DNA from: Felis catus
Lineage: Eukaryota
Direction of reading: 5' to 3'
Assembly: GCF_018350175.1 (NCBI RefSeq)
Contig: NC_058382.1
Coordinates: forward strand, 50,346,001-50,410,000
DNA: 64,000 bases
Positions 50,691-63,515 of the stretch are shown here, in pieces. The number at the start of each line of letters is the position of its first letter. Position 1 is the first letter of the stretch. The notes under the pieces were generated by a model that saw only the letters and a program-made list of their open reading frames with translations, was not told where the DNA came from and ran no database searches. Position numbers and translations under genes: made by a program.

Positions 50691-52447
50691 TTTGATGGTT
50701 ATTTTGGAAATACATTATTAAGAACATAATAGTTCACTTAGTGGATACTTTCATCTGTGCTACAACTTTGCTCTTAAATCTGATAGTTTAATTGAAAAAG
50801 GACCTAGTTGGAAAAGGAAAAATGACCAGAAGCACATGGAAAATATTTCATTGAGAGTAGTAAAATGTAGACCTGAAATTGATTTCAACAATATATAGTG
50901 TTTATTTAACATTCCCGTGCGCTCTCAGAACTGATACATACTACGAAACAACAACAACAGCAACAACCAACCGGTGTTTTTTTTCATGTTTCTTTTGTTT
51001 ACTACACAAAAATGTAATGATAAGTTCCAGAGAAGATGCATTATTTTTTCCCAAGTGAGAGAAAGCACCTCTCCTTTCACAGAATGCCAGCCTGTGTCCA
51101 TTATTCTGGTGACTCACAGAATTCTGAGACATATATCCCAAAACTGAAAAGTTCCAAGCTCGCTTGATGAAAGAAGGCTGAAAGCACTATAAAATGATTT
51201 TTAAAAATCACATCCCTTCCATAATTTCCAGAATCTATTACCTGCTGATTTGGAGATTCTTGACTCTACAAACTTTAGTGTCTATTTTAACATTAGAGCC
51301 TGTAAGAGGTAATAAGCCAGTTTTTCAGAAAGGAAAACAGACACCCACTTACACAGCTTTCCTGATAGATGCTGATTTTGGTAACATACATCTGGTGATT
51401 GTTGGTTCATATAAATAATCAAACATGTCTATGCTGGAGACCCAGAAGAGTTTCTAATGATGTCTGTTTATACTGTTATTAATTCCAATGACTTTATTGT
51501 TTGGCTAGGCTAAATATCTTAATTTACATATCTTATATTTCACCTAACAGTGTTTTAAGATCCGTTGTTACATAAAACTCTGCTTGCTTTGCTGAATTCA
51601 TAACTGTGAGGAGCAACATATTTATGATTAATGATGGAAAATATGCTTCCAAGATGTTTTTATTTGCATTTATAGATATAATTTGCTAAAGGATTTATGT
51701 GAGCACTACTCATAAATGTTCTGATCAGATGTTTGACTATAAAACATTTCTAAATGCCACACTCCACAGGCTAATGAACTATTCATCTGAAAGTATTCTG
51801 ACTCACATAAGAATATCCTGCTGTTTTAGCACATCCTAGAACAAGAACATGTTCCCTGGACAGTTGGGAAAATTCAAAGGATAAAGCTGATGATGGACTC
51901 TGACCTATGAGTCAGGCAAGACTTAATGAAAGGCCCAGGATAACTAGAGATTAACCTTCAAAATCCAGGTCAGAGTTCACACACAGCCAGGAAAGCCGAG
52001 GGCACATGGAACATTCAGAGTAGAAAGGGATGTAATGAGGAAGTCACTTACATGATGACCGAGTATTGCATATGATTAGAGACATCCATGAGAAATTGAA
52101 AGACATCCTACCTAGACAGATAAAAATGAATGATATGCCTGGCCCATCTCAATTTATAGATTACTTGTACCTTTCAAGGCAATATTTGTAAATTGATTTC
52201 CCCCCACATAACTGCTGTTACCCCAGGTTGGGTTGTAATATCCTATCCTATCTTTCCCCAGGGAATACTAGATAGCTTTTTTCTCATGGCCACCTTTTTC
52301 TAGACTTTCCAAGGCAGTTTGGCTGGCTCCATTATTACCACCTATGTTCATTTTTCTCTTCTTTTCATTCTGTGTCTGATGGTGTTTACCTCTACTTTAT
52401 TTCCTCCATTATGTTTGGAACTAGGAAAATTATACTTTAACAAATTG

Positions 52448-53007
52448 TGTCAAAACAAAAATTGCACCAGACAAAGTTAAACAGGGAAGGAAGACTTTAT
52501 TTAGGCTGCTGCAAAAGGGGAGGGAGACTGAACTCAACTCCCCTGAAACAAAAGGTGGGAGGGATTTTTGAGCATTGGAGGAGCTAGTGGAAAAGTACTG
52601 GAAGACATTAAGAGGGAGGTTGATCAATGGGATGTGTTGAGCACATCAGATTATTCCTGACCTTACAAATGTTTTTCACTCCGGTTAGGCCATTTGCTTA
52701 CTAATTGGTGACCATCAAAGTTAGACTCTTACTCTCCCACAGAGACTGGGAGATAGGGCTGCTGTCTCCTTAGATGTTTACTTTCAAAGAGATGATTCCC
52801 ACACACTTGAGAAATATTTCCTGGGTTGTAAAGCTCATAAGAGCTGGAAGAGGATTTGCATACATTTCAGAGGGGCAGAGAAAGAATTTATAATTGCAAG
52901 TTTTCTAAGTCAGCTTTCTAACAATAAGGAAGTCAGGGCCTGTAGTCAGGAAGAAACCTGTCTAAAATTTAATGAAACTGAAGAGAATATTAATCCTGTC
53001 TTGGTCA
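52448..53007 (-). mobile_element. ERV1 solo LTR (MER31-like)
   Basis: tgtcaaaacaaaaattgcaccagacaaagttaaacag...gactttatt start and gtcttggtca end; TG...CA termini. Confidence 0.85.
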
Positions 53008-53514
53008 AATATTTATTATTGTTCAAATATTAACATTTGTATGTATAGTGTATCAGTTGCATATTTTATACTTGAGTATAAATTTTATAACACACCAGCA
53101 AACTTCAGTCTTTAATCTTCTGTCTGTATTCTTAATTCCATTTCCTGCTTGTAGGGCTCCATCATCATTTGTTGAGCCAAAATTCACTAGAGTTCCCCCC
53201 ACTGCCAAACACTGAACAGCTTAGACATAGTCCCTCTTCTCCAGGACCTTTGTCCACTGGCTGCAAAGATGCTTAAGTCTTTATCATTGAAAGGTAACTC
53301 TGGTCATAGTGGAGAAGGGTGGAACAGCATATTATCCAGCAATGTTACCATAAGCTGAGCCAGAGTCCAGAAGAATATACAAAGCAGTCATTTTCTATAT
53401 TCCGTTTGCCCATTTTCTATATTCTGGCGCAGAAAGTGTCCACAGTGGAGAAATGCATTGCTCAGCTTGCTCCTGACTCCCCATAGCCTGGGTAATCTGT
53501 TCAAAACTGTAGAG

Positions 53515-53810
53515 CTTCACTGTCCAATCTGGTAGTCACTAGACACATTTGACTAGTGAGCACTTGAAATATGACTAGTCCAATTGAGAAGTGCTGCGAT
53601 TGTAAAATATACCTCGAATTTCAGAAACTTATTATAAAAAGAATGTAAAATATCTCTCATAATTTTTATTTATTGCCTTTTAAAATGATACTATTTTGGT
53701 TATACTGGGTTAAATATTAAATTGAGTTTTGCTATTTCATATAATATGGTTATAGGAAATTCAGAATTATAAATGTGACATGCATCATATCACTGTTTGT
53801 CAGCGAAGCT
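53515..53810. mobile_element. MER33-like hAT-Charlie MITE
   Basis: ctgtccaatctggtagtcactagacacat...gagcacttgaaatatgactagt; about 300 bp with tagagcttc / gaagctcta inverted ends. Confidence 0.8.
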
Positions 53811-54039
53811 CTAGAAAGTCAGACTTCTACCTTTCCAGTACCTGGAGTATTCCTCTCCTTCATTTTGGTCTCTGTTACAGGGACTCTCCCCTTCCATTTG
53901 TGCCTGCTTCTCTAATTCAAATACCAGTTGAAATAGTACCTCCTCTCTACAGCACAGAATTACTTAACACTAGTTTATCATGTATAATGGTTATATATGT
54001 ATTGTCTTATTCCTCATGCTAAAATCTACTCCTTTTTCA

Positions 54040-54246
54040 GGGCATCTGGGTGGCTCAGTCGGTTAAGCATCCAACTTCGGCTCAGGTCATGATCTTGCTG
54101 TTCCTGAGTTCAGGCCCTGTGTCAGGCTCTGTGCTGACAGCTCAGAGCCTGGAGCCTGTTTCAGATTCTCTGTCTCCCTCTCTCTCTGCCCCCCCCCCTC
54201 GCACTCTGTCTCTCTCTCAAAAATAAATAAACATTTAAAAAAATTT
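54040..54246 (+). mobile_element. Felid SINE (SINEC_Fc2-like)
   Basis: Full body; flanks aaaatctactcctttt / aaaatttgcttcctttt. Confidence 0.93.
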
Positions 54247-55598
54247 AAAAATTTGCTTCCTTTTGTGTCTAACCGCCCTAGATTTTATAATGAAACACAT
54301 GTAAAGCTCAATAAGTACCCATTTAATATGTTAAATTCTGATCAAAGAGCTAGCTGAAAACCTAATGTCGTCCATTTATCACCACATTCTTACCATTTTA
54401 CCTGGGGGAAAAGGAAGCCGGAAATAAGACTTTTAAGTATGCTGCTGCTCTGAGTTCAGAGAATCTGAGAAAACCCATACTTGCCTCCCTCCCCACCCTA
54501 ACCCAGTCATTAGGCCTCAATGGAGGAGTTGGAGCAAGTTACCAGATGGGGCCTGAATTCTTAATTCTCTAAAGGTGCTTGTGCTGGATTCAAGGATAAG
54601 TTGAACAGAAAGTTTTCTACTGTGTGAAACCAAGGAAATGATTAGAAATATATTTTTTATTGATGTGAAGGGTTTTTTTTCTTCACAAGGAATCTTACTC
54701 AATGTCGTGATTGTTCCTTTCTTGTAAAAATGATGTCCAAAGGCAGGATTCTATTCATGTAAGCCGTCAGTAAGCATCCCTGATAAATGAATGAAAGAAA
54801 TCAGAGTATTCACTGCAAAGAATTTTGACTCCATGCTGACTTCAAGCAAGTACAATTTAATGGAAACATCAATGACAAAATATTTCTATGGTCAGTGTGC
54901 AGACCTATAAATTATTAAATTCTCTGAGGCTGTGAAGGAATGGTAAAACTCAGTTTTCAAAGTGTTTTAGGTAAATGTGTTTTAAAAGAGTTGCTGCTTG
55001 GGGCACATATAGAACAGCTTACTTTGTTGCCTTGTAAAAGCCTAATCGAGTAGCCTAGAGCATCATAAGGATGATCATTCCCCCCCCCCCCCCCATGGAA
55101 AGCACCACTTTATCTTTCACATTGTCCATTCTGGGCACACAAGGGAATTATACTTACTGCTAATGCGGAAGATGAATAAGCCCTCACATAAAACCACCGA
55201 GAACCAGGATTTATAGGGGCGGATTTTATAGAGGGCTTTAAGATTACGCATTAGTTCACATCCACTGTCCTCCAGCAGCTGACCCTGTGTCTCGGCTCAG
55301 AGTCCTGGATGTCCTCCACACCACGTAGACCCGCCTCAGACAGCAAGACCCCAGTGTGAGGAGCCTTGCCTAGAAAGACATGCTCAACATAGAAGCTTAC
55401 TTCACTTTCCTCTAGATTCAAGGTTGACGTGGAGACTGTATGGATTGCAATGGTTTGATGAAGCTAAACATTTTCAGTTCCAATGAAAGGAACCACTACG
55501 TTACTTGCTCTGAATAATATATATCAAACATGTTAACTCAGGGAAAAAAACTCATTATACTTTTTCTGTATTTAAAATTTAAAGGTCATGGTTTCAGT

Positions 55599-55814
55599 CA
55601 AGATTTCTTCGTCTTGGCACTGTTAACATTTTGGGCTGAATAAGTCTTTCTTTTGGTGGTGGTGGTGCATTGTAGGCTATTTAGCAGCGCGCCTGACCTT
55701 TATCTGCTAGAAGCCAGTAGCCTCTGTCCCTCGGTTGTGAAAACCAAAAATGTCTCCAGACGCTGCCAAATGTCCCTTGGAGGGAAGGGCAAAATTGTCC
55801 CCCGAGCACCACTG
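55599..55814. mobile_element. MER20 (opposite orientation to the copy at 41.7 kb)
   Basis: gttgtgaaaaccaaaaatgtctccagacgctgccaaatgtccc...accactg. Confidence 0.9.
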
Positions 55815-58184
55815 ATTTAAATGAATGTTTTACAGAGTTCACTTACACATGTGTATATGTATGTAATGCAAATACTCATCTATACTGGATATTTATCAGG
55901 GTGTACAGGTACATGTGATCACATAAAACTGATATCTAAATACTTGACAAAATACACAAAATAAAACTTCAGTGCACTCAGTATCAAGGAAAATCAAGAG
56001 GGACAATAATAATCTTCTCAAATTATGTATTCATGTGCCAATTTTTTTGTTGAAAATTTGCTTTGAATATCATTATGTTAATTATGAAAGCACCCATCAT
56101 TATAATTAAACAAAATGCAGTATTCTAAAAGTGTGTATTGAGCAAATCGAACGAGCCTGATGCTTTTGCAAGGTTTGGGCTGAAGTACAGCAGTGACACA
56201 AATGGCTCCCTGCTCTCATGAAGCTTACGGTATAGAGGTGTCGTATAAAAATCAAATAATCATGCAAGCAAATATGAAATCATGTTAACAATTTTGACAT
56301 GTGCTCTCAAGATAAGGTTCATGGTAGGGACACTTATCCAAAGAAGTGAATTAAAATACTTATGCTATGCCTAGCCATACATATGTCACAAGTCAACAAT
56401 GGTCATTGTATCATTTAATTTAATGGTAACGCTCATGGAATTCCAACAGAATACTGGAGTAGTTGTTTAGAATTAAGGGACAGATAATCTCGGTTCTCCA
56501 TGGGGGCAGACAATCTCGTGGCTTCAGGTAAGAGGAAGAAAGACCTAGGGGTCAGGTTGAAGTATCAACCCATAGTCTGAAAGAGAGATTGGAGAGTGGA
56601 ACAAGTGAGAAGAATGATATTATACAGTGAAATAAAAAAAATCTAATGTGTTATAATAAGAACTACACTTGAAATAAACACATATATTTGTATACCCACA
56701 CACATACATACCTATGTATGAGATTTTAAATAACAGGTCTATTTGGTAAAAACCTTATAAAGAAAAGGGTTACAATTTTATTTACAGGGTGTCTACTTAG
56801 TGAGCACCCCAACCCCATGGACCAAATGTCATGATAAAGGTGAAAACGTTTCTTGATAGTAAATTATTTTTCACTCTTGCTGGAAGTTGAGTGCAGGTTA
56901 GGACTGAGGGGTTGGGCGTGAGGTTTGGGTTCATGTAGCCAGTAAGATGGAAGCTCCACTATCTTGTAGCTGAAACTTCTGGAACACTCAGATTCCTGGT
57001 TACCATGGCAGGGCAGGGAAAACCAGCAGGATCAAATTGTGGACTTGGCCTGGCCATTTCATTGGACACAACAGTCACATGGTATTGCCTAACCACGCAG
57101 GGAAGAAAATGTAATATATGGGGAGTATTAGTATGTCTGCTACATATACTGAAATGTATATTTACAGAAGTATCTGTACACTTTGCAACAGTGTTTTATC
57201 TAGTATTATGGTGTTTATGAGAGAAATAAAAGAGAAGGAACTAAATAATCATCAATATAGACAGGTTAAATGCAATCATAATGTGTAATACTACAGGGTG
57301 GGTTCTCCAGTGCTTATTTGGAAAGAAGTATGAGATGTAAAGGGCAAAAAAAAAAAAATTAAAAAAATAAATAAAACATAGAGGATACTCTGCTGGCAAG
57401 TTTGGGGATTGGCGATCAAGAGAGAGACTTTTATTTTTAAGTTGATAGGCTCCTGTACTAAATGGATTTCTTTCTGAGTTTTTCATTTTCTACATATGCA
57501 TTTAACCAAGCATTACTGAATTAATAGGTTAAGAAAATATAAAGGTTGCATTTTGACTACTCAGAAGAGAGACATATTATGAATGTAACAACATCACTAG
57601 AGCCCATTCAGAAATCATAGTGCATAAAGGAAGGAATCTTCAGAAGCAATACAAGCTTCGAGCAATTTTAACTTGTTCTCTTTCTTGAGTCTAAAATTGT
57701 TCAATGTGCTCAGATACTGACTGGCATTTTGACCATCAATTATCACTGTGTATTTATAGATAGGCTCTTTCCCAGCAATTTCAGAAGGTTAAAGCAAATG
57801 TATATAATCAGTCTATTATTTGAGAGAAGATAAAGTGCCATTGAGATTTGTGTAATCAAAGGAAAATGGTTCCAAAGATAACTTTAGCCCTAGCTGGTGT
57901 TAAAATGTTGAAAGAAGGAGCTTTTCAAATATAAGATAAATGTATATATTTACTTTTAAATCTAGTCAGATTGGGACTTAAAAAAAATACAGTTTTTCAT
58001 GTTTGAATATGGCTTTATTGATGCACCATCACAGGAGTATATTATTGGAATTCTGCTTTGCAGGAGTGATGGATGTGTCTTGAGTCAGTCTTATTCAGCC
58101 TTAGAATTGAAGCAGTTCTAAGCCTGAAGAGATGCTTCCGTTGGTCACAAGGTTTCCTCTTTCACCTAATCAATACTTATGGTT

Positions 58185-58452
58185 CAGATAAAAATTCAGA
58201 GTCACTTCCTCAGGGACACGTTCTCTGACCCCAAGACTAAGTCAGGTTCCCCTGAGTGGACAATTCGACCGTGCCTTACAGTTTTCTTTTGCTCTGCTTC
58301 TTACACCATCCAGTTTAAGATTCGTGTTTGACGTGACTTGTCTCCCTCACATGACCAGCTCCACATCTGCTTTGCTCACCACTGTAAACACATCCCTGAT
58401 CACAGTGAGTGAAGCATAACAAGTTTCTAAAGATATCTATTGAATGAATGCA
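58185..58452 (+). mobile_element. L2 3' end
   Basis: gtcacttcctcagggacacgttctctgacccc...tctgctttgctcaccactgta...ttgaatgaatg. Confidence 0.7.
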
Positions 58453-60327
58453 TTTGGGCACACGTACGTGTTTGTGTATATGTCCTATGCAGAGTAACCT
58501 GCAAGAGGCTGGGCTTACTACAGGAAGGATAAAGAGTCATGTCTTTCCATCTTGTGTGGAAAGGACTAAAAGAGAATGAGTGTCGGAGCCAGCCCGGAAC
58601 CAAATTGTACGCTGTCCTGCCCAAGTCCAATTATGATATGATTTTTGAAATCACGTCCCAGATTTGGGAAACATGCTGTGTTTCCCATAGACTGACTATA
58701 TGTATGATGCTATGGACTGTTGTGTCTCCCAGGCTGTCCTGGTCGGGAGTGGGCATGGGTAAACACATTAAGTGATGTTAGTAGGAGTTGGATTTTCCTA
58801 AAGACATAAAGGTATATGTGGTGCTGTGAAAACATGATTTTAATCTAAAGAGTAGGAGACCATTAAATAACATGGAGGGAGATGATTAGAATTAACAGTT
58901 GGAGTTCTTTTGTCAGGGGGGACCCCATGAGAAGGGCTTGGTCTTTTTTCCTCTTCCTGTGAATAGTCATGTTTCATTTGCTATATTGTAATTTCCTCTA
59001 TCCCTAAACCATCAGTAGTGTCTGTTCCTCATACTCCAGCCTTTCTTCCAGTGGCAGACTGAGGAATTAAGACAAAGGTATAAAGCGATGATGCTGTGAT
59101 CATCTAGGATGTTCTGGAATCCTGGCACTCCAGGACAGCATGTGTCAACTAGGTGATCTCAGATCTGATGATGGTGGAGATAGGTTCCTGCCTGGGGAGG
59201 GCAAAAGAAGCGTGGAGAATGGATGGCACAGGAATTACAGGGGTGTCAAGGGATGAGAAAAGGCTATGTGGAATTAGATGTAGAGAGAAGAGGCTGCACT
59301 GAAAAGGTGCATTAGGCTGTATCCTTGGTAAGGAGTTTGAATATCATTCTGCAACCAAACAGGGTTGTAGGTTTCAGAAAGATAATTCAAGAATCAGTGT
59401 AAAGGGAGGACAAGACCAATGCTGAAGTCATGAAAAAGTCACGTAATAGCAAGGGAGTAGTTTCTAGAAAATGGAGATTGTGATTTCTTATATTCTAATT
59501 TCTTAAGTTTTATAAGTTGATTTTTTTACTATTGAAATAAAATATTATTTTGGGGAAAATGATCAACTTAGAAGTTTTACCTGGTTTGGGAAGGGGTATT
59601 TCACAGGTTATCAAGATTTTACTAAAGGATACCTGTTTTGTGATATTAGCAAACAGAAAAAAAACAGAAAAACAATCTGCACAAGTTTAGGATTGATGAA
59701 AAAGAAATAGCTTTGCATTTCATCCATCAGTCAGCACTCAACTGCATAGTTTGATCAACTGAATCATGAAAAGAGATGTATTTGTATGGTTAAAGAATGA
59801 AGCTTTGTTCTAGCATAGGAAGGGGTGTTGTGTACAGGTGTGCACACACATGCCTGTGTGTATGTTGTATGTGTATACAATTCACACACGCATTTCATCT
59901 CCATGAAATCCATCTTCAAAGATTGTAAAAATCTAAATACTGTAGCAATGTTAATTTTATTATCTGACAGAACTTCTCTTCCCAATAATTGCTCTGTAAG
60001 AATTAAATGCTAAATCAGCAAACTTCTAGAGTATTCAGTGAATCTGCTATTATGCAAGATTATGTAATTTCTGCTAAGTGGTTCCCAGAGGCTTACACAA
60101 GTTAACTTTGTCCTAAATGTGGATTAATTTCTTTACTATTTTCCAGCCTCATTTAACCTCTTTAGTGTGAAACATGATTAGTTCATCTGATATTTTATGT
60201 GATTTAAATAAGAAGAAAATTAACTCGCAGAAAATTTTAATTCCTTCCATATATTTTAGGAAATATAGCAATAGAGGTTTTGATATTGACTTTTGTCAGG
60301 TTTTTCTTTTTTGGTTCTTTTACCTCC

Positions 60328-60341
60328 GTGTGTGTGTGTGT

Positions 60342-60385
<44 letters not shown>
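60328..60385. repeat. (GT)n microsatellite
   Basis: About 29 units with one AT interruption. Confidence 0.97.
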
Positions 60386-60393
<8 letters not shown>

Positions 60394-60992
60394 TTCTAAT
60401 GACTTTCAGGAAAGATTATTTCATGTTGTTGTAGAAGAGTTTCTCCTGTGAATAAAGAATATTTGCTCAAGGAAATAAAGGGAATGGCTGCAAATTTGGC
60501 ATGACCTTTTGTTCAGTGTTCCCTGTTAAGTTATATATGTACTTTATTTGGCCTGTGCTTCCTTGGTATATAACTCCTTAAAAATATGAGAATATAGCAA
60601 CATCAGCTAGCCCAGAAGCAGTGCTATTAACCTATGTGGTCAGGGCAGCTGGGGACACGAGGGAGCAGTTAATCAGCTAATGGGCATTTCTGTAGGGAGA
60701 AGTTGTCTAGTGATAACATATGACTCACGCAGCCCAAGTGGACAGCATCATGCTTCCTCCACTCCAGAACTAAATCCCGTTCTCTGAGTTGTTTTGCAGC
60801 CTGTCTCTGTGGACCTTTTCTCCTCCTTTGCCACTTTACCAGCTGGCTCCCATTAATTTATTAAATACATTGTTCACAGAGTTACCAAATTTAACTATGA
60901 AATAAAGGATGTTTTGACTTCATAAAAGAAACAAGTGAAATTTAAATCTGTTACTTACATCCATAACTGGTACTGAAGTAAGACTAGTTTTT

Positions 60993-61721
60993 TTTTCGCT
61001 TTTAAGTGGTATCTTTATTATTTATTTAACATTTATTAAGTACTATTTTTTTCAATATATGAAATTTATTGTCAAATTGGTTTCCATACAACACCCAGTG
61101 CTCATCCCAAAAGATGCCCTCTTCAATACCCATCACCCACCCTACCCTCCCTCCCACCCCCCATCAGCCCTCAGTTTGTTCTCAGTTTTTAAGAGTCTCT
61201 TATGCTTTGGCTCTCTCCACTCTAACCTCTTTTTTTTTTTCTTCCCCTCCCCCATGGGTTTCTGTTAACTTTCTCAGGATCCACATAAGAGTGAAAACAT
61301 ATGGTATCTGTCTTTCTCTGTATGGCTTATTTCACTTAGCATCACACTCTCCAGTTCCATCCACGTTGCTACAAAGGGCCATATTTCGTTCTTTCTCATT
61401 GCCACGTAGTACTCCATTGTGTATATAAACCACAATTTCTTTATCCATTCATCAGTTGATGGACATTTAGGCTCTTTCCATAATTTGGCTATTGTTGAGA
61501 GTGCTGCTATAAACACTGGGGTCCAAGTGCCCCTATGCATCAGCACTCCTGTATCCCTTGGGTAAATTCCTAGCAGTGCTATTGCTGGGTCATAGGGTAG
61601 GTCTATTTTTAATTTTCTGAGGAACCTCCACACTGTTTTCCAGAGTGGCTGCATCAGTTTGCATTCCCACCAACAGTGCAAGAGGGTTCCCGTTTCTCCA
61701 CATCCTCTCCAGCATCTATAG
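60993..61721 (-). mobile_element. 5'-truncated felid LINE-1 (L1_Fc-like) with 3' transduction
   Basis: ORF 61274..61681 is the ORF2 C-terminus; perfect 16-bp TSD agtaagactagttttt (60977-60992, 61722-61737); 49 bp of non-L1 sequence between two T-tracts. Confidence 0.96.
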
Positions 61722-62315
61722 AGTAAGACTAGTTTTTAAGGCATTACAATGTATTTTCATTACCCAGGTAACACATTTTATAGTCTTATTTCAATACAAG
61801 AAACTACAATAAGCTATAAATGATGAGTGCCAATCTCTTTACCACCTAGATAAACCCTGGAATCACTCTTTCTAGGTGTCCTCACCTTCAGCTTCCACCA
61901 ATAAGGCATAGGATATAATGACACATTTTAATTGTTGCCTTTTCTGAAATGGGAAGAATGGGGTTTCATTGTTGTTTTCATTTGTATCCACACATGTGAT
62001 GTTCTCTATTCTTACTTATTGTCCATGGCCAAAAATGCTTATTGCATCTAACTTACATTTAAACACTTTAAAATCTGCTTTTTGGGTAGAGCTCTATATT
62101 ACATGGAATTCTCAGGATATTGGATAATTTTGGTTTTGAATATATGTGTAATGATTAGACTTTAATAGCCCACTCTTCATAATAATTGGTAGACTCTGGG
62201 AAAATGTGAATAGTATCAGTCATATATATTATTCATCAAAACATGTTTTAGATTTCTTATCAAGCAGGGGAACAAAGCACTAGGTCATCAATCTGTTATA
62301 AAAATTTGTTGAGAC

Positions 62316-62503
62316 CAGTGGTTCTCAAAGCAGGGTTCCCAGACCAGAAGCATTGGTATCACTTGGAAACTTGTTAGAAGCACAAAGTTTGGGGCCCCAC
62401 TCAAATCTACGAATCACAATCCTGGGGTCGGGTCCCACTACCTGTGTTTCAACAAACCCTTCAGGTGATTATGATGAACTAAACTGAAGTTTGAGAACAA
62501 CTG
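62316..62503. mobile_element. MER5A (hAT-Charlie MITE)
   Basis: Terminal inverted repeats cagtggttctcaaa / tttgagaacaactg, 188 bp. Confidence 0.92.
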
Positions 62504-63301
62504 GACTAGATCAACATTGAGGAATGTCTTGTGAATGCTGCTTCAATGAGTTTTTCTCACTCCCTGAAGCTCATCACTATGCACGTTTTCTGATAAGACC
62601 TTCCCCTCTCCCTTCTTTCTCTCTTTCTTCTTCTCTCTCTCTTTCTCTCTGTCTCACACACTTTCCATCTATTTGTGTCTTTATTCTTTAATCTTTCCCA
62701 GATAATAGCTTCACTAATGTATTGCTACATGTGGAGAATCTATTAACTTTTAAGATAAAAAGTTCATTTGCTAAATTTTCCCCATATGTTCAAACTCATA
62801 AAGTGCTTGCTCTGATTGCTGTGTATAAACAAGAAGCATATCACTCAATTTGGCATAACTCTAAGAATACTTTTGTGGTCTTACATTAGCCCAGAGTTTT
62901 GAACATGAGCTATTAAAATCTAAGATCTTCCATACTAGAGGTCATTATAAAAGCCCCAGTATGTGTCTAGATTTTTTAAACTAAAAATCTCAAAGTAAAG
63001 CATATTTATTCCTATTTATTCCTGTAGGCAGTAGGTGGAATGTAAGTACTGTTATTACTAATGTTATTATATTTCCATACATTACTTCCTTCAATCCTTG
63101 CAATAGCCCTTATATTCTCATCTTTCATGTTAGCCCGCTGAATTATACATCATCAAAAAGAATTGGATAGACACTCAAAATTTAAAATTTGTACAACTGG
63201 AACTATTTAAGTAAATTCTACTCATCATAACAGATTCTAAATAAACTTCAAATTAGCCTAAGGCTTTTAGTGAAATAAAATCATATAAAAAATTTTCATT
63301 T

Positions 63302-63451
63302 GGGGCACCTGGGTGGCTCAGTTGGTTAAGTGTCTGACTTTGGTTCAGGTCTTGATCTCACAGTTTATGAGTTCGAGCTCCAAATCGGGCTCTCTGCTAT
63401 CAGCCTGCTTCAGATCATGTCCCTGCTCCCCCCGCCGCACCTGCCCCATTC

Positions 63452-63498
<47 letters not shown>

Positions 63499-63515
63499 AA
63501 CTTGAAAAAATTTTT
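63302..63515 (+). mobile_element. Can-SINE with long (CT)n
   Basis: ggggcacctgggtggctcagttggttaag head; TSD aaaaattttcat / aaaaatgttcat. Confidence 0.92.

Noticed and set aside
50375..50729. Three overlapping ORFs (103, 82, 72 aa) as real small proteins
   Set aside because: They are by-products of the GC-rich KCTD13 pseudogene; only SLEAPKPSG is in the parental frame.
55080..55094. C15 homopolymer
   Set aside because: Isolated run with no associated structure; length is also error-prone in assemblies.
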